64,000 bases of DNA from an uncultured Planctomycetia bacterium (GTDB lineage: Bacteria; Omnitrophota; Gorgyraeia; 2-02-FULL-51-18; JAGOUK01). Under the pieces are notes generated by a model. It ran no database searches and was not told where the DNA came from. It saw nothing but the letters and a program-made list of their open reading frames with translations. Position numbers and translations under genes: made by a program. Shown here piece by piece: positions 46,777-56,338 of this stretch (positions within the stretch are counted from its first letter, which is position 1; every line of letters begins with the position of its first letter). The stretch lies in the NCBI GenBank assembly GCA_964430735.1, contig CAYSFB010000010.1, forward strand, positions 5,239-69,238, written 5' to 3'.

Positions 46777-48182
46777 GCGCGTCCCGTGTCTTTTGCGCCG
46801 GTCAAAATCCGCGCGGCCAGAACCAGATACGCGGCGATGAGAATCATCCCCGTCGCCTGCAAGACGAGAAGCGCCGAAAAACTTCGCTCCGGAAACCCGA
46901 ACACGAATTCGTTGACCCATCGGGGCAACGCAACTCCCAGCGTCCAAAGGCCCGCGCCCCATGCCAGCAGCGGTCCTCCGCCGGCCGGCTTCATGTACAA
47001 AAGGCACACGGCGAGCGGTATGGCGGTGATGAGGTTATAGTCGAAGCTTTCGGTCCCCGGAATCAGATAGGTGCACAACGCGCCGACAAACGCGAATGCG
47101 AGCCATTCGTGCGCGCGACGGTCGGACATTCGCCCGCGGCCGGCCGCCAGAACGCACCAGGCCGCCGTCGCCGCCAGCCAGAGCGCGCCGCCCAGCACCC
47201 AGCCCCATTTTCCGTAAGACATGAGAAAAGCATGGTCCAGCGCGGAGCCGCTGATCATCGTTTTTTCTGTGATCAGCGCAGGGTCCAAATCCTTCGAGCC
47301 GCGCAGCACGGGATACCGGCCCACATCCGCCGCGTAGCGTTCCAAAAAAAACCGGTAATCGCGGCCGAGCGGAATCAGCACCGTCGCCACGCCCGCGGCT
47401 AATCCCGCCAGCCAGCGCGTCGCGCGCCGTCGATCCGTCCACAGACCCGCCGCGCCGACCGTAATGGCTGCGATCCAAAGCGGCGCGGGATAAAGCTTGA
47501 GCATCAGACTCCACCCCACGCAAAGGCCCGCCGTCATCCAATGCCCGCGGTGCCAGAAGAGCATGGCCGCCGCGTACAGCAGCAGCACCCAGACGTCGTT
47601 ATTCCCGCGTTCAAACGCGAAAAGGACGGGATAAAAAAGGGTGAGCAGAAGCGCTGCCTGAACCGGTGCGGTCGTCCCTGCGCCGGAAACGCCGGGCCCA
47701 CGCGACGCCGCACGGGCAAGCGCCCAGGCGGCGGCAAACACCCCGGCGAGAATAAAAATCGACCACAGGCCGAGCGCGGTCTGGAACGGCATCCACCGGG
47801 ACCAGGACATGGCATACGCCATGAGCGGAGGGTATCTAAAATTGCGGCCGTACGGATCGTTCGTGGAACAAGTATCTCCGTATATTTCTAGGCCCGGACC
47901 CGCGCAGCGCAGATGGGCGTCCATGCATTTGAAGTCCAGCCCGATGGAAGGCTTCCGGAGCACGTGATCCGCCGCAGCTTCGGGCACGCCGGGCGGGGCC
48001 GGGATCCGGACCCACTTGACGGCCGGAATACCGAAGTCGGCCTTCAATGCCCAGTGGTCGACTTTGCGCACGCCGATCAGGTTCAGCAGCGCCGGTTCCG
48101 CAAACGCAAGCACCAGGCTCGCGCATAAAATACCGAGCACCCATGCGCCCGGAGACGGCGCCTGCCGCGGCCGCCGGCTCAA
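46773..48182 (-). CDS. Polytopic GT-C-like membrane protein
   Basis: 469 aa with at least ten TM helices. Belongs to the same tandem triplet as the genes on either side. Confidence 0.45.
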   Translation of the reverse strand: MSRRPRQAPSPGAWVLGILCASLVLAFAEPALLNLIGVRKVDHWALKADFGIPAVKWVRIPAPPGVPEAAADHVLRKPSIGLDFKCMDAHLRCAGPGLEIYGDTCSTNDPYGRNFRYPPLMAYAMSWSRWMPFQTALGLWSIFILAGVFAAAWALARAASRGPGVSGAGTTAPVQAALLLTLFYPVLFAFERGNNDVWVLLLYAAAMLFWHRGHWMTAGLCVGWSLMLKLYPAPLWIAAITVGAAGLWTDRRRATRWLAGLAAGVATVLIPLGRDYRFFLERYAADVGRYPVLRGSKDLDPALITEKTMISGSALDHAFLMSYGKWGWVLGGALWLAATAAWCVLAAGRGRMSDRRAHEWLAFAFVGALCTYLIPGTESFDYNLITAIPLAVCLLYMKPAGGGPLLAWGAGLWTLGVALPRWVNEFVFGFPERSFSALLVLQATGMILIAAYLVLAARILTGAKDTGRA

Positions 48183-49744
48183 CGGACCGCGCCCTCGGAT
48201 ACCGGCGCCTTCCGTCGGTAGACCGTGTATGCACCCATGGGAATCCGATCAAAATGCGCACGGTCGAACCACTTTTTGGATTGCATCAAAAAGAACACCT
48301 CCATCGTCGGCAGCACCACGATGTCGCGGACCGACGCGCCGTCAAACCCGGGACCTGCGATCCGTCCGGCAAAGATCTTGAGCGGGCTCTTGGTCGATTT
48401 TTCGATGAGCATTTTTTCGAGCTCGGAGTACCGGGGGCGGAAGGTCGGAAAGTAAACGAGGTTGTGGCGGTCGTATTTGAGTTCGAGAAACAGACTCATG
48501 CCGAGCGTCCATTCAAAATGGCGCGCCGGATCCCCCGCGATCACGATCCGGTCCCCCGCGGCCGTGCCCGAAGCCACCTTTTCGATCACCGCGCCGACTT
48601 CCGCGCATTCCTTCCTGAAGTCGCCGGCATCCCGGAACGCCAGCGCCCATTGGGCGCCGAGCGCCGCGATCAGGACGGCCGCGACCGCAACGCGGACAGG
48701 CGCCGGAATACGGGCAAAAAGCGTCTCGAAGCATCGGACTGTCAGATACGCCGTGCCGAGCGCCACGGGCAAAAAGTAGTGCTGATAAAAACCGGTCTGC
48801 TGAAACAGCAGGATGCTGGGAGCAATCACCATCGCGGCGAAGATCAGGTCGCCGGCAAGCGTCGCCGCCGGTGCGCCGTCCCGGCGCCGAGAGCCGAGCG
48901 CCGCGATCGCGATCACCGCTGCCAGATAACCGCCGCACGACAACGCCACCTGTCCGGCCGCCGCGGCAAACAACGACGAATCGAAGCCCTTGTATCCCGC
49001 ATAACCGTTACCCATCGGCCCCGGTCCCTTGAGAATCACAGTCAGATCCACGAGCACCCAAGCCGCCAAAAGCAGCGCGTGCGGCAGGCTCTCCACGACG
49101 GCCTGAAGAAACGTCCGCCGGTGCAGACGCATCCAGGACCAAACCCGCAAAAAAACAAACGCCGGGATGACCGGCATAAAACTCTCTTTGACGAGGCTTG
49201 CGGCGATCAAACTCAACACAAAGACCGCTGAAGCGGCGGCCGAGGCCTTTCCAGCCCGGACCTCAGCCGCCAACGCCAGCAGCGCGATCGCAAAAAAGAA
49301 AAGCCCCCAACTCTCGTACGTCGCGAGCCGCCACCAGGTCGACAGCTGCGGTCCGCAAATCGTGAGCGCCGAAAAAAGCAGCGCTCCGGCACGCCCGCTC
49401 CCGAGCCAGCGCATCGCCAAAAACAGCAAAAACGCGGTGATTACGCCCAGAACCCCTCGGACAAACCGGTAAATAAAAAAGTCGGATCCTAAAAACGCGG
49501 ATTCCAGAATCCGCCCGAGGCAATTGAAGGGCCGGAAGCGAATTTTAAAGTCCTCGACCTGATACCGCCAGTAACGGCCAGGAATTGATTCGGTCTGCAG
49601 CTCTTGACGGAGGGTGAGGATCTCGTAGTCCTCGGTGAGCGAAAAACCGGCCGTCAGCGCGCCGCTCCCCGCGGACAATCCGAAGATCATCGCGGCGAAC
49701 AGGAGGACGGCGGCGAGGTTCTCCTTAATGCGGGATTGTGTCAT
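48179..49744 (-). CDS. ArnT/PMT-like GT-C membrane glycosyltransferase
   Basis: 521 aa. Loop 1 reads SLTEDYEILTLRQEL. A roughly 150-aa C-terminal soluble domain follows. Confidence 0.5.
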   Translation of the reverse strand: MTQSRIKENLAAVLLFAAMIFGLSAGSGALTAGFSLTEDYEILTLRQELQTESIPGRYWRYQVEDFKIRFRPFNCLGRILESAFLGSDFFIYRFVRGVLGVITAFLLFLAMRWLGSGRAGALLFSALTICGPQLSTWWRLATYESWGLFFFAIALLALAAEVRAGKASAAASAVFVLSLIAASLVKESFMPVIPAFVFLRVWSWMRLHRRTFLQAVVESLPHALLLAAWVLVDLTVILKGPGPMGNGYAGYKGFDSSLFAAAAGQVALSCGGYLAAVIAIAALGSRRRDGAPAATLAGDLIFAAMVIAPSILLFQQTGFYQHYFLPVALGTAYLTVRCFETLFARIPAPVRVAVAAVLIAALGAQWALAFRDAGDFRKECAEVGAVIEKVASGTAAGDRIVIAGDPARHFEWTLGMSLFLELKYDRHNLVYFPTFRPRYSELEKMLIEKSTKSPLKIFAGRIAGPGFDGASVRDIVVLPTMEVFFLMQSKKWFDRAHFDRIPMGAYTVYRRKAPVSEGAVR

Positions 49745-50747
49745 ATCGAGGCATTTTATCGGACGCGGAGCGCATCGGTCGATTATTTAATTCCTCCAGC
49801 GCGCGGTTCAGGTCCTGCGTGAATCTTCGCGCGCCGTACACGTTCAAATGGTCGGGGTCCATGAACATCTGATCGCCATAGACCTGTTTGGCTGCAAAAT
49901 CATAATAAACAACATTCGCCCCGCCGGCTGCGGCATCCATCGCGGAACGGATCATGCGGTGCGCCCGCTCCGCCGCATCCGGAGGCAAACGATCACGGTA
50001 ATTTGACGTCACCGGCGGAGTCACGATCAGAACCCGCCACCCCCGTTCCCGGGATTTGCGGATCAGCTCCGTGAGCGCCTCCCGGTTCCGGGACTCGGCA
50101 TCCGGACTGTAGATGCCCGAAAAATGAAGCAGGCTGCGTCGACGGCTCCAAGCGCTTTGCTCGGATTCCGAGAGCCGGTTGAACCGGCTGAGCGGCGATG
50201 TCCGGGGGTCGTCCGATCCGCTGCCGATGCCGGGAACCAGGCGCTGCGTCAGCCGCCGGACAAAAATCGACCGGTACCGCAAAAATCGGCTTCGGGTCAT
50301 GAGCTCTGTTTTGAGCCGAAGTATCCAATCATCCGGATGGATCCCCAAAGAACGGTAGTTAACCAGGATCGATTTTTCAAAGTCTTGCAACCGGTAACCG
50401 AATGAAAAATAGCTGACTCCCAGAACGACTTGATTGACGTCCGTCAAAGACGGCCCGTACTTTTCGAGCAGCTCCAGATCCAGCGAAAGGTCCTGGCTGG
50501 TCCGGGCCATCTTGAACGATGGCGTCCTGGAAGCAGACGCGAGCCAGGCGGACTGCATGTGGGAATTCCCAAAAATGACCGTCCTGACGCCGTGAGCTGC
50601 GCCCGACGCAAGCCCCTGATAGTGTTCCGTAAATTCCCGGTCAGTCGCGTCCGTTTCAAAAATCCTGCGTGCGGTCCATTCGCAGGCAGCAAAACCTGCG
50701 GAGAAGAGCAGGGCAAAAACGATCACCGGAACCATTTTGTGCTTCAT
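49725..50747 (-). CDS. DltD/AlgJ/AlgX-like SGNH-related protein (partner of MBOAT)
   Basis: The true start is probably the internal MKHKMVPVIVFALLF (ATG at about 50747), 2 nt after the MBOAT stop. It has a signal anchor, then TVIFGNSHMQS. Confidence 0.5.
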   Translation of the reverse strand: MKHKMVPVIVFALLFSAGFAACEWTARRIFETDATDREFTEHYQGLASGAAHGVRTVIFGNSHMQSAWLASASRTPSFKMARTSQDLSLDLELLEKYGPSLTDVNQVVLGVSYFSFGYRLQDFEKSILVNYRSLGIHPDDWILRLKTELMTRSRFLRYRSIFVRRLTQRLVPGIGSGSDDPRTSPLSRFNRLSESEQSAWSRRRSLLHFSGIYSPDAESRNREALTELIRKSRERGWRVLIVTPPVTSNYRDRLPPDAAERAHRMIRSAMDAAAGGANVVYYDFAAKQVYGDQMFMDPDHLNVYGARRFTQDLNRALEELNNRPMRSASDKMPRYDTIPH

Positions 50748-50749
50748 GA

Positions 50750-52195
50750 TCAAAATTGAAAATAAATGAATTGCTGCCCCTGGTCCGTTCCAAAAACGAG
50801 CACCGTAAGAGCCAGGCATGCGACAATCGCCGCACGGGCCGTCCCGCGGGGAACAAGAGAACTCAAGGATTGTCCGGAGGCCCTCAGCCGGATCTCTGCG
50901 GTGAACATCAAACCCGCCAGAATAAATACCGTCCAGAATTCGTCGGGACGGACCGGCAGGCCGAACGCGGGGCGGCCGAACAGCGCCTGCCACAAGGTCC
51001 AGGGCGCTTGAAGCACCCTCGCCGCTCCGAATGCGAGAGCGCCGATGATGTCAAAGGCCTGGGCAATGTCCCGGGAACGGAAAAAAATCCATCCCGCCAT
51101 CACGGCGTGAAATGTCCACAGAGTGCCGATCCAGCGCGGAAGCCCAAACCGCCTCGCCACCCAGGATTCCGCGACCATCGCGATACCATGATACATGCCC
51201 CAGGCAAGGTACGTGAGGCTGGCTCCGTGCCACAACCCGCTCAAGATGAAAACGGCGAGAATGTTCACAATCCAACGTGCCTGGGACCCGCGGTTGCCTC
51301 CCAGCGGCACATAAACGTAATCCCGAAACCAGGTGGATAGAGAAATATGCCACCGGGACCAGAATTCCCTGAGCGAAGCGGATCCGTACGGATGATCAAA
51401 GTTCATCATGAGCCGGAATCCCAGGAGTCTCCCCGATCCGACTGCGATGTCCGAATAACCTGAAAAATCACAATAGATCTGGACTCCGAAGGCGCAAGTA
51501 GCAACCCAGAGCGCGACCGGATCGAATCTTCCGGAATCGGAATAGACCGAATTCACGATCGGGGCAAGCCGGTCCGCCACGACCATTTTCTTGAAAAGGC
51601 CCCAAGCGATAAGGCTAATGCCTGATCCGGCAAGCTCTGCGGAGAACCGGTGTTTTTCATAAAATTGGGCAATCAGACGGCCGGAACGCTCAATCGGTCC
51701 CGCGACCAGCTGCGGAAAAAACGATACGTACAACGCGACGTCTCCAAATCGTTTGCGGACGGAAGCCGGGTCCCGATAGACATCGATCGCGTATCCAAGC
51801 AACTGAAACGTGTAAAACGAAATGCCCACGGGCAGCAGCACATGTGAAGCGCCGAACTCGTGCCGCAAACCGATTCCCGCAAGCGCCCGCTCGGTCAAAT
51901 CACTCAAAAAATTCCAATATTTAAAATAAATCAAAATGCCCAGATTGACCAAAAGACAGGCGCCCAGCCACAGGGATCTCTGGATTCCGGAGGAACTGCC
52001 TGCGATTCGGATCGTCGTAAACCAGACGACTGCTGTCGACAGAAGCATGAGCAGCGTGTACTCCGGCCTCCAGCACGCATAAAAGCCGTAACTCGCCGCC
52101 AGGAGCATGGCATTTCGGCATTGAAAAGGAAGTCCGTAGTAGAGCAGACAGACGAGCGGAAGAAAAAGGAGGTATTCGAGCGAAGAAAAATTCAT
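50750..52195 (-). CDS. MBOAT-family membrane-bound O-acyltransferase (AlgI/DltB-like)
   Basis: 481 aa. The conserved MBOAT His region is WHISLSTWFRDYVYVPLGGNR...GLWHGASL. Confidence 0.85.
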   Translation of the reverse strand: MNFSSLEYLLFLPLVCLLYYGLPFQCRNAMLLAASYGFYACWRPEYTLLMLLSTAVVWFTTIRIAGSSSGIQRSLWLGACLLVNLGILIYFKYWNFLSDLTERALAGIGLRHEFGASHVLLPVGISFYTFQLLGYAIDVYRDPASVRKRFGDVALYVSFFPQLVAGPIERSGRLIAQFYEKHRFSAELAGSGISLIAWGLFKKMVVADRLAPIVNSVYSDSGRFDPVALWVATCAFGVQIYCDFSGYSDIAVGSGRLLGFRLMMNFDHPYGSASLREFWSRWHISLSTWFRDYVYVPLGGNRGSQARWIVNILAVFILSGLWHGASLTYLAWGMYHGIAMVAESWVARRFGLPRWIGTLWTFHAVMAGWIFFRSRDIAQAFDIIGALAFGAARVLQAPWTLWQALFGRPAFGLPVRPDEFWTVFILAGLMFTAEIRLRASGQSLSSLVPRGTARAAIVACLALTVLVFGTDQGQQFIYFQF

Positions 52196-52225
52196 GGGAG
52201 CGCGGCCGTACAGGCCCTCCGGAAA

Positions 52226-53887
52226 TCAGTACACCCGGAAGAGCGCGTCACGGTCGTCCTCGTACACTTTTTGATACGCGGCGGCGTATCTCCTGGACAG
52301 CTGGGTGATCCCCGCATAGATCCGGCGCTCTTCGGCGCTCAGGGGGTCCCAGCTCATGCGCTTTTTACGGATCAGCACGTATTTGACGCGGTGGTGCTGC
52401 AGAATTTTCTTTTGGAGCGCCAAGTCGTCGAACGGCAGCTTGCCGATCAGGGGCATCGAGAACTTCCGCCCCAGGTACCCCTGCAAGTCCGGCAGGCCGT
52501 GCACCGTCTGTTCCATGAGGTAACGGCCCTTGTCCCAAGGGAGGTTCATGATCGCGAAGTTTTTCTGCGCGTAATCCGGGTCCTGGAGCACCGCTTCGTA
52601 CACCGGGGGCAATTCCACCGGTGTCACATCCGACCCGATGGAATAAAAGTCCATAAACGCCAGACCGGCCACCAGCACGAGGCCCAGCTGGTGCTTGAGT
52701 TTTTTGGATTCCGACCGGAACAGCGCCCGCACCGCGAGCGCCGCGAGCGCCGCCCAAAACAGGTAGCCAAACGCCATCGTGCGCGACGGATTGCGGGCGT
52801 GCTGTACGAACGGCAGCGACTCGAACAACGCATACGGCAGCGGCACGCCGGTGAGCCGACCCTGAACATGCAACTCGACTCCGAGCGCGAGCACCGCGAA
52901 GAACAAAAAAGCCGCCAAATAAGGAAAAGCCCGGGTCCGGATCTTCCAAAGGGCCGCCGCGACGAGCAGCAGGTTCACCCACCCCAGATAAACCGCCTGT
53001 TCCCAGACCGGCCCCGTCATCCCGGCGCTCGCCGCCTTGACCGCGTCGACGCCGGCCAGCGCATGATACGCATGCGGCACGAAAAACCCGAGCAGGTCCG
53101 CGACGAACAGGTTGTGTCCGGGCAGATGCGCCGAATCCGGATGCGCCAGGCCGATTCGGATCATCGGAACCAGCACCGGCGCCGTCAGCAGCAGCGCGCC
53201 TCCGCCGATCGCGAGCAGGTTCACCGCCCCCCGCACCGAAAAAACCCGGCGTTCCTTCCAGGCGGTCCAGGGATACGAAAGCGCCAGGCACATCCCGCCG
53301 TAGATCAGATAATTCCATTCCGAATAGGCGCTCAAAGCGAGACCCGCGGCGGCGCCCGCGCGGTTCCCCCATCCTCCGGACCGGTGCGCCCGGATCAAAA
53401 ACAGGACGAACAACGGAATGAACTGGATCGACGCGACCGACGGATGATGCAGCGCGTGGGCGAAGTGCATCGGGTTGAACGCGTAGACGAACGCGCCGAA
53501 GAGCGACGCGACACGGTCGCGCGTCACCTCCATCAGCAGCAGGTAGGAAAAAATCCCGGCCAGCACGAACGACAGCAGCACGGTCAGGTTGTACGCCGCG
53601 GCCAGGCCGAAGAGCGGCTTGAGCACCGCGGCGGCGGCGACGCCGGTGTAGAAATAGTTGGCGTACCACAGCCCCATCCCCTCCGGGAAATACATCAGCC
53701 GGGTGTGAAAAAATTCGAGCGACGGGTCGAACAGGGCCTTGGAGCCGTACCACAGGAACCAGACGAACTGGGTGTTGTCTTCGGGCGGACCGATGATCGC
53801 GGACCCGAACCTGGAAAAGACGGGATAAAAAAACAGCGCGGTGAGGGCGGAAAAGAAGACGGTGACGGCGAGCGCGCGCTTCACCAT
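52226..53887 (-). CDS. Polytopic membrane protein (GT-C/YfhO-like, tentative)
   Basis: 553 aa with at least twelve TM helices and an IGPPEDNTQFVWFLWYG loop after TM1. Its start overlaps the stop of the upstream fusion gene. Confidence 0.45.
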   Translation of the reverse strand: MVKRALAVTVFFSALTALFFYPVFSRFGSAIIGPPEDNTQFVWFLWYGSKALFDPSLEFFHTRLMYFPEGMGLWYANYFYTGVAAAAVLKPLFGLAAAYNLTVLLSFVLAGIFSYLLLMEVTRDRVASLFGAFVYAFNPMHFAHALHHPSVASIQFIPLFVLFLIRAHRSGGWGNRAGAAAGLALSAYSEWNYLIYGGMCLALSYPWTAWKERRVFSVRGAVNLLAIGGGALLLTAPVLVPMIRIGLAHPDSAHLPGHNLFVADLLGFFVPHAYHALAGVDAVKAASAGMTGPVWEQAVYLGWVNLLLVAAALWKIRTRAFPYLAAFLFFAVLALGVELHVQGRLTGVPLPYALFESLPFVQHARNPSRTMAFGYLFWAALAALAVRALFRSESKKLKHQLGLVLVAGLAFMDFYSIGSDVTPVELPPVYEAVLQDPDYAQKNFAIMNLPWDKGRYLMEQTVHGLPDLQGYLGRKFSMPLIGKLPFDDLALQKKILQHHRVKYVLIRKKRMSWDPLSAEERRIYAGITQLSRRYAAAYQKVYEDDRDALFRVY

Positions 53888-55332
53888 CAGACGAATTTGA
53901 GTTTTTTAAGCGCGATCGCGCACATGCCGAGCAGGAGCGTTCCGTGTTTGAACCGTTCGATCTTGATGTCGCCGTAACGCCGCTCGTAATAGCGGACCGG
54001 GAGTTCCAGAATCCGCATGTTGAGCTTCGCGGCCCCGAACAGGAGGTCGAAGTCGCCGAACGGGTCGAATTCGCCGAAATAAGCGCGGTTGGCCATGATT
54101 TTTTCGTAGTCGGACTTGTAGAGCGCCTTCGTGCCGCAGAGGGTGTCCTTGAGGCGCTGGCCCAGGAGGTATGTAAACGCGAGGCTGAAGAACTTGTTCC
54201 CCCAGATGTTGAGGAAGCGCATCGCTTTTTCCTCCATCGGATAGACGAGGCGGGAGCCGTTGATGAATTCACCCCGGCCCGAAACAAGCTGACGGTAAAA
54301 CTTGGGAGTATCCTCCGGCGCGACCGAGATGTCGGCGTCGAGGATGATGAGGATGTCGCCCTTGGCCTCGCGCATCCCCAGATGGACCGCCGCGCCCTTG
54401 CCCTTCGTCGCGCCCTGGTCCAGAAGGCGGATGTTCTTCTCGGGATGGAGCGCCTGCATCCGGCGGATTTCGTCCTGCGTGCCGTCTTTGGAGTTTCCGT
54501 CGATGAAGACCATTTCGAGCTCCCCGTCGAAGGCGGGCGTGCGCTCGACGAGCTCGGCGATGTTGCCGCGTTCGTCCTTGCACGCGACGATGAGCGAAAC
54601 GCCCGGGTTCTTTTTCTCGCGCGCGGCGAGCGGACGCGCGACCAGGAACTCCGCGAGACAGAGCTGGTTCACCCCCGGCAGGTTCGCGACACAGCCGTTC
54701 AGGAACCAGGACACGAGCGGAAGATAAAACGGAAACAGGATCTTCTTGGTGCGTTTGACCGTTTCAAATCCGGCCATGGTCAGCAGGTTTTCGAGGTCGT
54801 CCTGCGAGAGCCAGTTCTGCGGGCCCTGATTCACGCGGATGCCCAGCCAGTTGCCCAGGCGCAGCAGCGGCTCCCATAAATAATTGTAATAACAGACGAC
54901 CACGCGGGTCTGGGGCTTGACCGACTGGCGGAGGTTCTCGAAAACCCGCTGGACGTCGTCCAAATGCCCCACCAGATCGGACAACACGACGTAATCGGGA
55001 GGTTCGGCCGGACGGTACGTTTCCGCGCAGCCCTCGACGAACTCCAGCGCCGGATGGGCGGCGCGGGCCTCGCGGACCATCACGGGGCTCAATTCGACGC
55101 CGACGCCGTGCGACGGCTTGAGGGCGGCCAGCAGATCGCCGTCGCCCGATCCCAGCTCGAGGACGCGGTACCCATCGGGAATCAAAAAGCGCAGATAATC
55201 GTGCAGCTTCCGGTAATAGTAGGAATTGCGGCGCTTGGAGCGCTTGAACTGCGGAGCGAGGCGGTCGAAGCGCTCCCGGGTCTCCTCGAGATGCTTGCGG
55301 GTCCGGGCCGGGAGGGCAAAAAAATCGCTCAT
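53887..55332 (-). CDS. Bifunctional fusion: N-terminal class I SAM methyltransferase plus C-terminal GT2 (DPM1-like) glycosyltransferase
   Basis: The MTase domain carries [12 protein letters not shown]. The GT2 domain carries [15 protein letters not shown]...[11 protein letters not shown]...[10 protein letters not shown]. The start was trimmed to ATG about 55332 ([11 protein letters not shown]), which overlaps the fcl stop. Confidence 0.7.
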   Translation of the reverse strand: MSDFFALPARTRKHLEETRERFDRLAPQFKRSKRRNSYYYRKLHDYLRFLIPDGYRVLELGSGDGDLLAALKPSHGVGVELSPVMVREARAAHPALEFVEGCAETYRPAEPPDYVVLSDLVGHLDDVQRVFENLRQSVKPQTRVVVCYYNYLWEPLLRLGNWLGIRVNQGPQNWLSQDDLENLLTMAGFETVKRTKKILFPFYLPLVSWFLNGCVANLPGVNQLCLAEFLVARPLAAREKKNPGVSLIVACKDERGNIAELVERTPAFDGELEMVFIDGNSKDGTQDEIRRMQALHPEKNIRLLDQGATKGKGAAVHLGMREAKGDILIILDADISVAPEDTPKFYRQLVSGRGEFINGSRLVYPMEEKAMRFLNIWGNKFFSLAFTYLLGQRLKDTLCGTKALYKSDYEKIMANRAYFGEFDPFGDFDLLFGAAKLNMRILELPVRYYERRYGDIKIERFKHGTLLLGMCAIALKKLKFV

Positions 55333-56318
55333 GCGCGGCTCCGGTCCGACGCGACGAACCAATCCCAGGTCTTCTTCAGCCCCTTGTCAAAATCGACGGC
55401 GGCCTTGAATCCGAATTCGCGTTTCGCCCGGCTCACGTCCAGACGCCGGCGCGGCTGGCCGTTGGGTCTGGACGTGTCCCAGACGATCCGGCCGTCGAAG
55501 CCGGACAATTTTTGGATCACGGCCGCCAGACGGCGGATCGTGATTTCCCGTCCGGTTCCCAGGTTCACCGGCTCGCGGCCGTCGTACCGCTCGAGGGCCA
55601 GCGCGATCGCCCGCGCGCAATCTTCGACATACAGGAACTCGCGCGACGGCGATCCGTCGCCCCAGAGCGTGACTTGCCGGTCGCCGCGCCGCTTCGCCTC
55701 ATAAAATTTGCGCATCAGCGCCGGAATGACGTGGCTGGACTCGAGGTCGAAGTTGTCGTGCGGGCCGTACAGGTTGACCGGCAGCAGGTAGATGGAATTA
55801 AATCCGTATTGCTCGCGGTACCCCTGCGACTGGACGAGCATCATTTTTTTGGCCAGCCCGTACGGGGCGTTGGTTTCTTCCGGGTATCCGCTCCAAAGAT
55901 CCTTCTCCTTGAACGGAACCGGTGCAAATTTGGGGTAGGCGCAGATCGTTCCGAGTGCGACGAATTTGTCGACGCCGGCGAGCCGCGCCTCTTCGATCAG
56001 GAATGCGCCCATGAGCAGATTGGAATAGTAGTAAAGGCCCGGGTTCGCACGGTTGGCTCCGATGCCCCCGACACGCGCAGCCAGGTGGATGACGGCGGCC
56101 GGCTTGTACTTCCTCATCATCGCCTGCACGTCGCGCTGGACGGTAAGGTCGAATTCCCGGTGTGCGGGCGCCACGACCTTGCGGTAACCCCGGGCCTTGA
56201 GCTCGGCGGTCAGATGCCGGCCCAAAAAACCCGAACCGCCCGTGACGAGCACGGTGCGGTTCTTAAAACGTGTTGGAATGGTTTTAGGCTTTTGGCGCTT
56301 GGGCATTTCAGGCGTCAT
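55329..56318 (-). CDS. fcl: GDP-L-fucose synthase (GDP-4-keto-6-deoxy-D-mannose 3,5-epimerase/4-reductase)
   Basis: Aligns along its length with E. coli Fcl: [20 protein letters not shown]...SHVIPAL and [16 protein letters not shown]. Confidence 0.75.
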   Translation of the reverse strand: MTPEMPKRQKPKTIPTRFKNRTVLVTGGSGFLGRHLTAELKARGYRKVVAPAHREFDLTVQRDVQAMMRKYKPAAVIHLAARVGGIGANRANPGLYYYSNLLMGAFLIEEARLAGVDKFVALGTICAYPKFAPVPFKEKDLWSGYPEETNAPYGLAKKMMLVQSQGYREQYGFNSIYLLPVNLYGPHDNFDLESSHVIPALMRKFYEAKRRGDRQVTLWGDGSPSREFLYVEDCARAIALALERYDGREPVNLGTGREITIRRLAAVIQKLSGFDGRIVWDTSRPNGQPRRRLDVSRAKREFGFKAAVDFDKGLKKTWDWFVASDRSRA

Positions 56319-56338
56319 TATACCGGACGCCCGGGCGT

